Part shown: one piece after another, positions 6,011 through 13,084 of the stretch
Numbering within the stretch: position 1 is the first letter of the stretch
Layout: each line of letters opens with the position of its first letter
Origin: Geobacter metallireducens GS-15
GTDB taxonomy: Bacteria; Desulfobacterota; Desulfuromonadia; Geobacterales; Geobacteraceae
Reading direction: 5' to 3'
Length of the DNA stretch: 13,762 bases
NCBI RefSeq assembly: GCF_000012925.1
Contig: NC_007515.1
Coordinates: 1-13,762 of the forward strand
The notes under the pieces: generated by a model
Told to the model about the DNA's origin: nothing
Seen by the model: the letters and a program-made list of their open reading frames with translations, nothing else
Databases searched by the model: none
Position numbers and translations under genes: made by a program

Positions 6011-6196
6011 TTACTTCTTTCCTTTGTAGTAGTCCAGCATGTTTTTTTCCGGTCCCGCCTTCGGGAGTTCCCCTTTCTTGAGGGCCTTTGCCGGTTGGCC
6101 GTCCGCCGTGTAACCCTCGGGGGCCTTGTTGCACCCTGCAACCAACATCGCCCCCATAACAACTACAACCAGCCCCATAATAACTTGTTTTTTCAT
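6011..6196 (-). CDS. Small lipoprotein (61 aa), TrbK-like position, candidate entry-exclusion protein
   Basis: MKKQVIMGLVVVVMGAMLVAGC carries the lipobox LVAGC. SD AGGAGGG is present. Only the last 61 codons of the 176-aa track ORF are credible. Small lipoproteins next to trbJ are typically entry-exclusion factors such as RP4 TrbK. Confidence 0.7.
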   Translation of the reverse strand: MKKQVIMGLVVVVMGAMLVAGCNKAPEGYTADGQPAKALKKGELPKAGPEKNMLDYYKGKK

Positions 6197-6236
6197 AGCT
6201 TTTCCCTCCTTTGTGGTTGTGACCGATTCCGGCCGG

Positions 6237-6956
6237 TTATTTTTTCTTCCTGAGATAGTCGAGCATGTTTCTATCGTCCCCCTTTGGTAAGTCCCCTTTC
6301 TTGAGGGGCTTTGCCTTTTCGGCGGCCTGGGCGGCCATGTAGGACGATTGTTCACGGGCACTTGTTGCCATGATCTGCTGTAGCTGGATGAGTTGTTGCG
6401 CCACCATTGCCGAAATCTGGTTGCCCGCCTGGGCGGCGGCAAGCTGGCCGTCTGCGCTGTTGGAAGCGGCGACAAGGGCGTTGAGGGCGTCTTGATCGGT
6501 AGCGGCGTTGCTGATAAGGCCCTGGGCCAACATGGCGTCACGGACGGAGTTTTGAAGCTGCTGGTTTGCCTTGGCGGCCTGGGCGGCGTAGTCCTTCCCG
6601 CTCATGCCGTTGTAGGCGGCCATGTCCGGGTAATACTGGTCAAAAGCCCCCTCCGTGCGGCCGTAATCGTAAGTAATGCCCCTGGTCTTCTGCTGGATTT
6701 CGGCAAGCTGCCGAATGCCGTTCATGATCCGGCCGCGTATCTGGTCGCTGTTGAGTTGCCGGGCCTGTCGTATGGCAACTTCAAGTTGCTGGTATTGAGT
6801 GGCTAGTTGCTCGGCGGTGTTGATGGCCGTGGCTACCTGCTGCACGTAGCTAAACAGGTTCTGTGCCCAGTTGGTGTAATCGAGCACCGGGATTGTTGCA
6901 TGAGCCTGGGCGGACATGCTCAGGATCAGGACGGTGACAATAAGTGCTTTTTTCAT
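6237..6956 (-). CDS. trbJ: P-type conjugative transfer protein TrbJ (VirB5-like)
   Basis: The preferred start is MKKALIVTVLILSMSAQAHA (signal peptide, SD AGGAGG, ATG at 6954-6956), giving 239 aa. IPVLDYTNWAQNLFSYVQQ and the Q-rich helical body are TrbJ-like. Confidence 0.8.
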   Translation of the reverse strand: MKKALIVTVLILSMSAQAHATIPVLDYTNWAQNLFSYVQQVATAINTAEQLATQYQQLEVAIRQARQLNSDQIRGRIMNGIRQLAEIQQKTRGITYDYGRTEGAFDQYYPDMAAYNGMSGKDYAAQAAKANQQLQNSVRDAMLAQGLISNAATDQDALNALVAASNSADGQLAAAQAGNQISAMVAQQLIQLQQIMATSAREQSSYMAAQAAEKAKPLKKGDLPKGDDRNMLDYLRKKK

Positions 6957-6974
6957 GGTTTGTTCCTCCTTTGC

Positions 6975-7034
6975 CCCCCATATCTTGTATCCTGGTCGGC
7001 TGGATCGTCCGGGCCTCGGCACAAGATATGGGGG
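6975..7034 (-). repeat. 14-bp perfect inverted repeat (stem-loop) in the trbL-trbJ intergenic region
   Basis: CCCCCATATCTTGT (6975-6988) pairs with ACAAGATATGGGGG (7021-7034) around a 32-nt loop. In the mRNA the stem ends 4 nt upstream of the trbJ SD. No U tract follows it. Confidence 0.85.
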
Positions 7035-7042
7035 TTACGTTG

Positions 7043-8494
7043 TTAATCGACGTGGAGCCGGACCCCTGCCCCGCCTCCGGCGCTGGCGTCCTGGGGAACT
7101 GCTCTTTGGCTCTGCTGCCATGCGTCTTGTAGGCTGCTCCGGCGGGGTTGGCCCTTACCGTTCCCCCCTCCGCTTCCGACGTTGGACCCTTGCAAGCTGC
7201 TGGTGCCTCCGCCGGTCCCCGTGGTCGGCGCTGGTTCGGTCTTCCCGGCATCGGTTGCGGTGGTGTCTGCGCTGCCAGTCGCCGGGGGTGTGGCGTCTGT
7301 GGTTGTAGCGGTGGTGTCTGCTGCCGGTGCCGGTGTGGGGGTGGCCTCAGTCTTCCCGGTGTCTGCTGCTCCTTTGGCTGCTGCATCGGCGGCCGGTTTA
7401 AGGCTGCTGCCTCCCGATGCCGGTTTGATCCCTCCGGCGCTCCCGGCTTCGGCGGCTGAAATGGCCCCGCTCTTGGCGGCCTGGAACGCGGACGCTCCGG
7501 GCATTGCTCCTGCTGCGGCTCGGGCAACGTTGCCAAGGAAAGAGCCGTTCCCGGCTGCTGCTGCGGCCTTGGCTCCGGCGAGGCCTCCGGCTACTGCTGC
7601 CCCTCCGGTTGCCATACCAGCGGCGGCCATGGCTGGTGCTGCTGCCCCTGCGGCGGCACTCAAGGCGGTACCGGCGGCGGCTCCGGCGGACAGGGAAGGG
7701 GACCCGGAAAGGACGGCGGAAGCCACACCGGGGGCCTGGGCAACCACAAAGGCAATAACGGCCACCGTTACACCTAATGTCATCATTTGATTAAACGTTG
7801 GATCAGGCCCAAGAGCCGGGAGAGCCAAAAGGACCGGCTGGATCACCGCCACCACGAATGACAAAACCATTAACTTGATCCCGAAGGCGATTATTGCGCC
7901 GATGGCCTTTTCCGACAAAAACGCGGTGTGCTTACTGATTCCGAAGGGGAGAAGGATGATACCAAGGGTGGAAACGATGCCAAATTCGATGAAGGTAATC
8001 ATTATCTGACACGCCATGACGACATAAGCCAGAATCACAATTAGATAACAGCCGTAAGCCATGAGCCTGTCACCGATTGCAGTTATAGCCATGTGTTGTA
8101 TAGCGTCATAGATTGGATCAGCAGCCAGAAAGCCCGCCGAAATCAAGGACGAAGGGTTTTTCATGGAAAAGGATACCCCCGCCCCTCCGGCCTTCAAACC
8201 TACCGCAATAAAGCCGTCAAGGATGATTTCAGCGAGGCCGGAACGGGCGACCCCTTGAACCAGAAAAATGAAAAAACCGATGGTGAGGATCTTTTTAACC
8301 AATGGGGGGATTATGTTGTCTTCCCCCCCCTTCAGGGCATGAAATGCCCCCAAGAGGACCATTTCGATTACTGCCAGGGCTCCGGCAATATACATGGCCC
8401 ATGACAGCAAGGCCCCTTTGCCGGTCCCAAAAACGGAGTTAAAGGTTTCAAGTACCTGGGTGAGAATTTGAACATCTGGGGTTGCGGTTGCCAT
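7043..8494 (-). CDS. trbL: P-type conjugative transfer protein TrbL (VirB6-like)
   Basis: The preferred start is MATATPDVQ (ATG at 8492-8494, SD AGGAG), giving 483 aa. It is a polytopic membrane protein with a long Ala/Gly/Thr/Pro-rich C-terminal tail, as is typical of TrbL. Confidence 0.8.
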   Translation of the reverse strand: MATATPDVQILTQVLETFNSVFGTGKGALLSWAMYIAGALAVIEMVLLGAFHALKGGEDNIIPPLVKKILTIGFFIFLVQGVARSGLAEIILDGFIAVGLKAGGAGVSFSMKNPSSLISAGFLAADPIYDAIQHMAITAIGDRLMAYGCYLIVILAYVVMACQIMITFIEFGIVSTLGIILLPFGISKHTAFLSEKAIGAIIAFGIKLMVLSFVVAVIQPVLLALPALGPDPTFNQMMTLGVTVAVIAFVVAQAPGVASAVLSGSPSLSAGAAAGTALSAAAGAAAPAMAAAGMATGGAAVAGGLAGAKAAAAAGNGSFLGNVARAAAGAMPGASAFQAAKSGAISAAEAGSAGGIKPASGGSSLKPAADAAAKGAADTGKTEATPTPAPAADTTATTTDATPPATGSADTTATDAGKTEPAPTTGTGGGTSSLQGSNVGSGGGNGKGQPRRSSLQDAWQQSQRAVPQDASAGGGAGVRLHVD

Positions 8495-8571
8495 GGTGAC
8501 TCCTTTCTTTTCGGCAGAGTGCCTTATTTGGCTATACCGAAAATGCACGAAAAACCCAAATTACAGCCTGT

Positions 8572-10803
8572 TTAGCGGTCCATGCCCTTCCCACGGTCAA
8601 TATCCTTTTGCACCCGGTTAATCTGCTGCTGAATGTCTTTGACGATCTGGCGTCGGTCCCGTGGATCGGTGCCGGGTTCCAGCTTATAGGCCCGGTCTTT
8701 CTTCGGGTCGGCGGCAAGGGTCTTTTCGATCTTCTTCAGGTCTGCCCGGTAGGCCCTGGCCTCTCTGGTTTCCTGGTCAACCGCGTTGATTTTGGCCTCT
8801 TCCGCCTGTACCTGCTTTTGCACTTCAGGCCGTTCCAGGTAGCTATGGAGCCGGGCCGTGTTGACTTCGTTTGTGGCGAGTCGTGCGGTAAGCTCTTCTC
8901 TATTAATGGTTGATACTTTGCCACCGGCCATGTCGGTTGCGAGTTTCAGGGCTTCGGCGTCCAGGTCTGTCCGCTCTTTCTTGATTGCCTCGGAAATGCC
9001 TTTAGTGGCGGTCTGCTCTGCTACCCTTCGGGCGTCGGTTTTGCCGTCGATCTGGCCTTTTTCGGCAAGCCATTTTTCGCCCTGGTCGATCTTGGCCGTA
9101 ATGATCTTGATTTCATCCCGGATTTCCGGGAGGAGCTCCCGGCCCTTGATCTGCTGGCCGATGCCCTGAGCCTTCTTCAGTTCGGCAATGTAGGGCTGTA
9201 GCTCTTTATTCGTTATCTCGATGCCAAGTTTCACGGCTTCGGCTGCTGCGAGGCGCTTCCAGGCCGTCGAGCCGGTAAGCTCAAAGGATCGGCCGAATTT
9301 CTCTTGACTCAGGAGGAGCCCCGCCTTGATCGCGGCCGGGTCGTTCTTCGAGTGGCCCAAAAAGAGGAGTTGACGGCCGGTGTCCCGGTAGGCTTCGGCC
9401 CCGCTCTTGTCCAGGAAAGAGACGTTGCCGTGTCTCGATACCTTGATTTCAAGGTCTTTCAGGGTAGTAAGCGGGGTTTTCTTTGCGGCCTCTTCTTCTC
9501 CTGTGGTGCCGGGCTCCGGGGCTTCAACTTCCAGGCGGTTCTTTTTCTGCCGTAGCATGTAGATAGCCGCTTCGTTGCCCTTGTTGGCCCGTTCGACAAG
9601 GTACTTGTCCCACCCCTTCTTAGCCTCGCCAAATTCGCCAAGGGCGGCCCGTTTCTCTGCGGCCCTGTCTTCTATCTCGGCTTTGCGCCGGGCGGCTCCA
9701 AGGTTGATTGCGGCCCTCTGGGCTCGTTTCTCGATGCCCGGAAGGTCCGATTCCTTCAGGGCCTTTACCTGCTCTTTCTTCCATTCGATAATCTCTTTTC
9801 TTCCGGCCGTGAGTTCGGCGGTTATGGCCTTGCGCTCCTCGGCGTGGTGCTTCCATTCCTCCTGATAATCCTTAAATTCCCGGTAAAGCTGCTTTTGCTC
9901 GGGCTCCACTGCAATCATCTTTTCCGTGTCGCTTTTGTAGTCGATCACGGGGGCAAGGTCTTTGACTCTGGCGGTCGGTTCCTGGTACGGGCCTAATGCT
10001 TTTTCCAGCCGTCCGCGTGATAGTTGCCGGGCGATTTCTGACGCCTTCGCGTGGTACTGATCCGGGTCGTTTCGGTCTACGATCACAAGGCCCTGATTCT
10101 TAGGATCAGGCCGGATATCCAGGTTATATTTTGCTGCTGCCCGGTGTAGATCGTCCCACGATCCGTCGGCGAGAGCGGCGGTTAAATCCTTCCCGGCCCG
10201 TTCCTTGGCCCACGTCTTAAAGCTCTTCTCCCCGGTTTCAATTTCCCGCCTTCTATTGCCCTGGTCCAGGGAAAACGGGCGGTCTGGATCATGGGACTTT
10301 TTGACGATTTCCCCCTTGTCATTAATCATATAGCTGCCGTTGTCACGCTCGAAACCATGTTGTAATTCCATCTCCCGGCAAGCCTTGTCGAGCTTCATTC
10401 GGTCCTTGTCGATGGGCCGGACATGACCCGTCCGGTAGTCAATCCGGTTGATACAAATGTGCAAATGATAGTTATCAGTGTCACGGTGGAAACCGGCCAC
10501 GGCCTGTAAATCTTCCATGCCTAATGCCTTTAAGGCATGGTCAAAACATGCCTCTATTTCTTCTCTGGTCGGCTTCTCTCCCTCCCGCCACGAAAACCCG
10601 AAATGATAGGCGGCATGGGCGCTCTTCCCGGTCGATTCGACAAACTCCATTTCTTCAATGGCGGTGTTAATGTCGTCAACATTCCGGGTCAATTCGTATT
10701 CGACTTTTTCGTGTGGCTCAAAGTCTTTCCCAAGGCCACGAATGTATTTGATCGTAGCGGAAAAGCTACGACCGCCGGGGGCGTCCCATACTCTGCTAAT
10801 CAT
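8572..10803 (-). CDS. Conjugative relaxase (relaxase/mobilisation nuclease domain, RP4 TraI / MOBP-like)
   Basis: The preferred start is MISRVWD (ATG at 10801-10803, overlapping the mobC stop), giving 743 aa. Tyr20 lies in ATIKYIRG. The histidine triad motif is HRDTDNYHLHICINRI (RP4 TraI has HTDTDNLHIHIAINKI). The middle is a long coiled-coil, and the C-terminal segment resembles relaxase-associated domains. Confidence 0.9.
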   Translation of the reverse strand: MISRVWDAPGGRSFSATIKYIRGLGKDFEPHEKVEYELTRNVDDINTAIEEMEFVESTGKSAHAAYHFGFSWREGEKPTREEIEACFDHALKALGMEDLQAVAGFHRDTDNYHLHICINRIDYRTGHVRPIDKDRMKLDKACREMELQHGFERDNGSYMINDKGEIVKKSHDPDRPFSLDQGNRRREIETGEKSFKTWAKERAGKDLTAALADGSWDDLHRAAAKYNLDIRPDPKNQGLVIVDRNDPDQYHAKASEIARQLSRGRLEKALGPYQEPTARVKDLAPVIDYKSDTEKMIAVEPEQKQLYREFKDYQEEWKHHAEERKAITAELTAGRKEIIEWKKEQVKALKESDLPGIEKRAQRAAINLGAARRKAEIEDRAAEKRAALGEFGEAKKGWDKYLVERANKGNEAAIYMLRQKKNRLEVEAPEPGTTGEEEAAKKTPLTTLKDLEIKVSRHGNVSFLDKSGAEAYRDTGRQLLFLGHSKNDPAAIKAGLLLSQEKFGRSFELTGSTAWKRLAAAEAVKLGIEITNKELQPYIAELKKAQGIGQQIKGRELLPEIRDEIKIITAKIDQGEKWLAEKGQIDGKTDARRVAEQTATKGISEAIKKERTDLDAEALKLATDMAGGKVSTINREELTARLATNEVNTARLHSYLERPEVQKQVQAEEAKINAVDQETREARAYRADLKKIEKTLAADPKKDRAYKLEPGTDPRDRRQIVKDIQQQINRVQKDIDRGKGMDR

Positions 10804-11176
10804 CTTCGGCCCCCTCTTCTGCGGCAAATTGCCGCTGAATTGCCACGGCTGCCCGGCGGATTTCGTCCAGGGCAATATCAATATTCCCTAGGTTTTTTTG
10901 GGCCTCCTCGGGGGTGATTTCCTTACGGGTCATGAGGTATTTTTGCAAGCCGCCGAAGCGGCGAAGCTCACCCACTGCCCGGCGTAGATCGGCTACGGCG
11001 GCAATGGTCGTCTTGCTCGGCGTAGCCCGTCCATCGAGACAACGGCGGGCGAGTTCTCCGACAGATACCCCGGAGGCCGTGGCCTTGGCTGTGTAGCGGG
11101 AAAGGTCCTCGGCGGTAACTCTGATATGGATCATTTCACTTTTATTCCGGCGTTCGCTTCCTGACTTAGCTTTCAT
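10796..11176 (-). CDS. mobC: MobC/TraJ-like relaxosome accessory protein (RHH)
   Basis: 126 aa. IHIRVTAEDLSRYTAKATASGVSVGELARRCL is the usual MobC-type RHH segment. It lies directly upstream of and overlaps the relaxase gene. SD AGGAG is present. Confidence 0.7.
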   Translation of the reverse strand: MKAKSGSERRNKSEMIHIRVTAEDLSRYTAKATASGVSVGELARRCLDGRATPSKTTIAAVADLRRAVGELRRFGGLQKYLMTRKEITPEEAQKNLGNIDIALDEIRRAAVAIQRQFAAEEGAEDD

Positions 11177-11308
11177 GGTGTGGCTCCTTTCTCCCTGCGC
11201 CTAGCAGGGACGGCCAAGGGCCGTTAAGGGGTTCGGGTCCGGGGCGTAAGCCCTGGCAGGACAGCTAGGGATATTGCGACGCCCGAAGGGCCAGGAGCAA
11301 ATCCCGGT

Positions 11309-11351
11309 GTATCGACCGCTATTTATAGCGGAGATACAAGCGCTATCCTGT
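11309..11351 (+). other. Candidate oriT core: imperfect inverted repeat plus nick-site-like TATCCTG/T
   Basis: The inverted repeat is GTATC-ga-CCGCTAT-tt-ATAGCGG-a-GATAC (11309-11337). Then comes aagcgc, TATCCTG (11344-11350), then T. This matches the MOBP nic consensus YATCCTG/Y. It lies in the mobC-upstream intergenic region, next to an AT-rich stretch. Confidence 0.5.
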
Positions 11352-11354
11352 CTT

Positions 11355-11382
11355 CTTATACTCTTATTATATTTAGATGCAA
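11355..11382 (-). promoter_or_regulatory. Candidate promoter of the mobC-relaxase operon, overlapping oriT
   Basis: The minus strand reads TTGCAT, 16 nt, TATAAG, firing toward mobC. Confidence 0.3.
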
Positions 11383-11627
11383 TATAAATGCCGACGCGAG
11401 GCGGAAACCCTTATTTCTTCGTTTACCCGCCGGGCTGGGTGTCATGGTGTGATATCATATATACAGTTTCAAGCCCTTAACAGTTGCGGTTTCACAGATT
11501 GCTATATGCAACATGATGTCACTTTGTAAGACAAAATGACGCCATGTTTTATGGCCGTTTTTATGCCGACACGGCACAGATAGTGCAAATATTCAATGTA
11601 AGACACGATAACAACAGGGGGTGCAAC

Positions 11628-12224
11628 ATGGGAAATGACAAAAATACAGCTAAAACGCTGAAAATCAGTAAGTCAAAAAGCGGACAGAGTGACGAAAAAC
11701 CGACATATTCAGTTGACAAAATGCGTCAATGGTTGAATGACAACGCAAGTGACACAACGCCGGATAAAACGCCTACAATTTGGGATAGACTCATAGAAAT
11801 CAAAGACGATATTGCAGCCGTCTACCCTTCCAAGATGAGCGCCGATAAAGTGGTGAAGGGGCTTAAAGACAATGGTCTTGATATTACAAAGACAACGTTC
11901 CTGACGTACTGGCAATTAATCAAGGCGGGGCATACTACACGGCCATCGACCAGCAAGAAAAAACAGCCGGTTTCTGAGCCTGAAAATTCCGGAAAAAATG
12001 AATCTGGTTTTGATGAAAACCCGGCTCCGGTTTCTGAGGAAAAAACGGGCGAGGATTTGAAAAATTCTGAAGGGGAAAAAGAAACCTACCCTTGCCCTAA
12101 GTGCAAACGTATTTTGACAGTTATGAGAGAGACAAAACCCGGCGTTCATCTGGGGCAAAAATACATTAGTTGCGATGCCGACACCGGGGGGTGTGGGTAT
12201 TTCTCATATGACGACGGGAAATAA
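11628..12224 (+). CDS. Hypothetical protein with a C-terminal topoisomerase-type C4 zinc ribbon (orfA)
   Basis: The preferred start is MGNDKNTAK (ATG at 11628, SD GGGGG), giving 198 aa. The C-terminus CPKC-x22-CDADTGGC resembles the Topo I/III C4 zinc finger. The middle is low-complexity and acidic. An HTH-like segment SADKVVKGLKDNGLDITKTTFLTYW is present. Confidence 0.65.
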   Translation: MGNDKNTAKTLKISKSKSGQSDEKPTYSVDKMRQWLNDNASDTTPDKTPTIWDRLIEIKDDIAAVYPSKMSADKVVKGLKDNGLDITKTTFLTYWQLIKAGHTTRPSTSKKKQPVSEPENSGKNESGFDENPAPVSEEKTGEDLKNSEGEKETYPCPKCKRILTVMRETKPGVHLGQKYISCDADTGGCGYFSYDDGK

Positions 12225-12303
12225 AAAACCCCTGCCATAAATGACAGGGGCCATGAATCAAGGCGGGCGCTCTTTGGACGGAAAACCCGCCTCAATCTCA
12301 CAG
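12223..12303 (-). ncRNA. Candidate small RNA encoded by module copy 1 (hypothetical)
   Basis: The minus strand reads TGGTATAAA (extended -10-like, 12308-12316). The transcript would then be CCACUGUGAG.., a stem-loop, and a canonical terminator hairpin plus U6. The 5' end is a guess. Confidence 0.25.
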
Positions 12304-12334
12304 TGGTTTTATACCACGGGAAGGATGGAAAAAA
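12223..12334. repeat. Structured intergenic module, copy 1
   Basis: A6, then hairpin CCCCTGCCATaAATGACAGGGG (12229-12250). A second hairpin GGCGGG..CCCGCC spans 12262-12291. The conserved box is CTCACAGTGG-ttt-TATACCAC (12297-12317), followed by a purine-rich SD. It is homologous to 12966-13084. Confidence 0.85.
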
Positions 12335-12967
12335 ATGAAAAAAGAGTCTCCAAAACATGAACTGAAGTCGTTAAAGGATCTTCTCGACTTTGTGAGAGAC
12401 TACCCGGAATTTATGGATGAAATCACGACAGCCATGCCAAAAGCAACCGCGTTGCCCGGCAGCAATCAATCAGACTTCATACAACCGATAATGCCCCACA
12501 TTGTCAGGTTGAAAATTTGGGGAATGTCAGACAACTCTATACGTCAGCTTATTGATTTTGAAGGGCCATTTTATTTTGATCCTCGCGGCTTCGGCAAAGT
12601 GCTTCATACAGCAATAAAAAAATATGCGCGTTCTGTTCGTTATGAAATTGCCGAAGAAGTAGGAAAAATAATTCGTGAATCCGGCGGTGACGACGGCCAT
12701 TTAACAGAGACGTACATGGATGAAGCTATCCATCTTTTCGACAAGTGGCGTTTCCCAGAAGATCAAGGCTATGAAAATGTCACTGATTACGAATTCGGCG
12801 AGGCTATTCTTTGGGCCATGCGGGGTTTTGATCCATCTCTTTATTTCCGTCGTGTGACTGCTCAAGTCCTGGGCCGGAAGATGGTAAAGCGGCTCAAGCT
12901 CCTTTATGAAATTGACTTTGACAGTAACGAGACTCATCCGGCCGAACCCGCCCACAAGGCGGCATAA
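12335..12967 (+). CDS. Hypothetical 210-aa protein (orfB)
   Basis: Clean ORF with SD GGAAGGA. No family recognised. Confidence 0.7.
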   Translation: MKKESPKHELKSLKDLLDFVRDYPEFMDEITTAMPKATALPGSNQSDFIQPIMPHIVRLKIWGMSDNSIRQLIDFEGPFYFDPRGFGKVLHTAIKKYARSVRYEIAEEVGKIIRESGGDDGHLTETYMDEAIHLFDKWRFPEDQGYENVTDYEFGEAILWAMRGFDPSLYFRRVTAQVLGRKMVKRLKLLYEIDFDSNETHPAEPAHKAA

Positions 12968-13052
12968 AAAAACCCCTGCCATGAATGACAGGGGCCGTGG
13001 ATCGCGGCGGGGTGCCCTCGGTGAAACACCGTCCCCGCCTTAACTCTCACAG
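12966..13052 (-). ncRNA. Candidate small RNA encoded by module copy 2 (hypothetical)
   Basis: Same architecture as copy 1 on the minus strand: TGGTATAGC, stem-loop, terminator hairpin plus U7. The 5' end is a guess. Confidence 0.2.
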
Positions 13053-13084
13053 TGGAGCTATACCACAGAAAGGAAGGAAAAACC
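12966..13084. repeat. Structured intergenic module, copy 2
   Basis: A7, then hairpin CCCCTGCCATgAATGACAGGGG (12973-12994). A second hairpin GGCGGGG..CCCCGCC spans 13006-13039. The box is CTCACAGTGG-agc-TATACCAC (13046-13066), followed by an SD. Confidence 0.85.

Noticed and set aside
6011-6541. A 176-aa ORF overlapping the trbJ 3' half in another frame.
   Set aside because: Only the last 61 codons (from MKKQV.. with an AGGAGGG SD and a lipobox) look genuine. The upstream part is Pro/Ser/Arg-rich and lies inside trbJ.
6988-6994. A second TATCCTG heptamer inside the loop of the trbL-trbJ inverted repeat, and CAGGATA at 1153-1159 inside rep, considered as alternative nick sites.
   Set aside because: A 7-mer is expected to occur by chance once or twice in a window this size on two strands. 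These copies lie inside or between coding regions without oriT-like context. They do lower the weight of the motif as stand-alone evidence for the main oriT call.
6850-7790. Long ORFs on both strands and in alternate frames across the trbL 3' region (for example 6850-7536 on the minus strand, 7182-7790 and 7148-7459 on the + strand).
   Set aside because: They are shadow ORFs produced by the GC-rich Ala/Gly/Pro/Thr-coding tail of trbL. They are low-complexity, lack SDs and overlap a well-supported gene.
11463-11511. Partial similarity of CAGTTTCAAGCCCTTAACAGTTGCGG to the CRISPR-like repeat region, and of TTCACAGATTGCTATATGCAAC to the conserved module box.
   Set aside because: Both need gaps and several mismatches over short lengths, and I cannot distinguish them from chance by eye.
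12291-12320. A + strand promoter (sigma70 or sigma54) in the conserved box CTCACAGTGG-N3-TATACCAC.
   Set aside because: Spacing between the -35-like CTCACA and the -10-like TATACC is only about 7 nt. There is no GG-N10-GC arrangement for sigma54.
12223-13084. Integron gene-cassette/attC interpretation of the repeated intergenic modules.
   Set aside because: I see no RYYYAAC/GTTRRRY core sites at the module ends and no integrase or attI in the window. The conserved part includes the SD of the next ORF rather than the cassette boundary.
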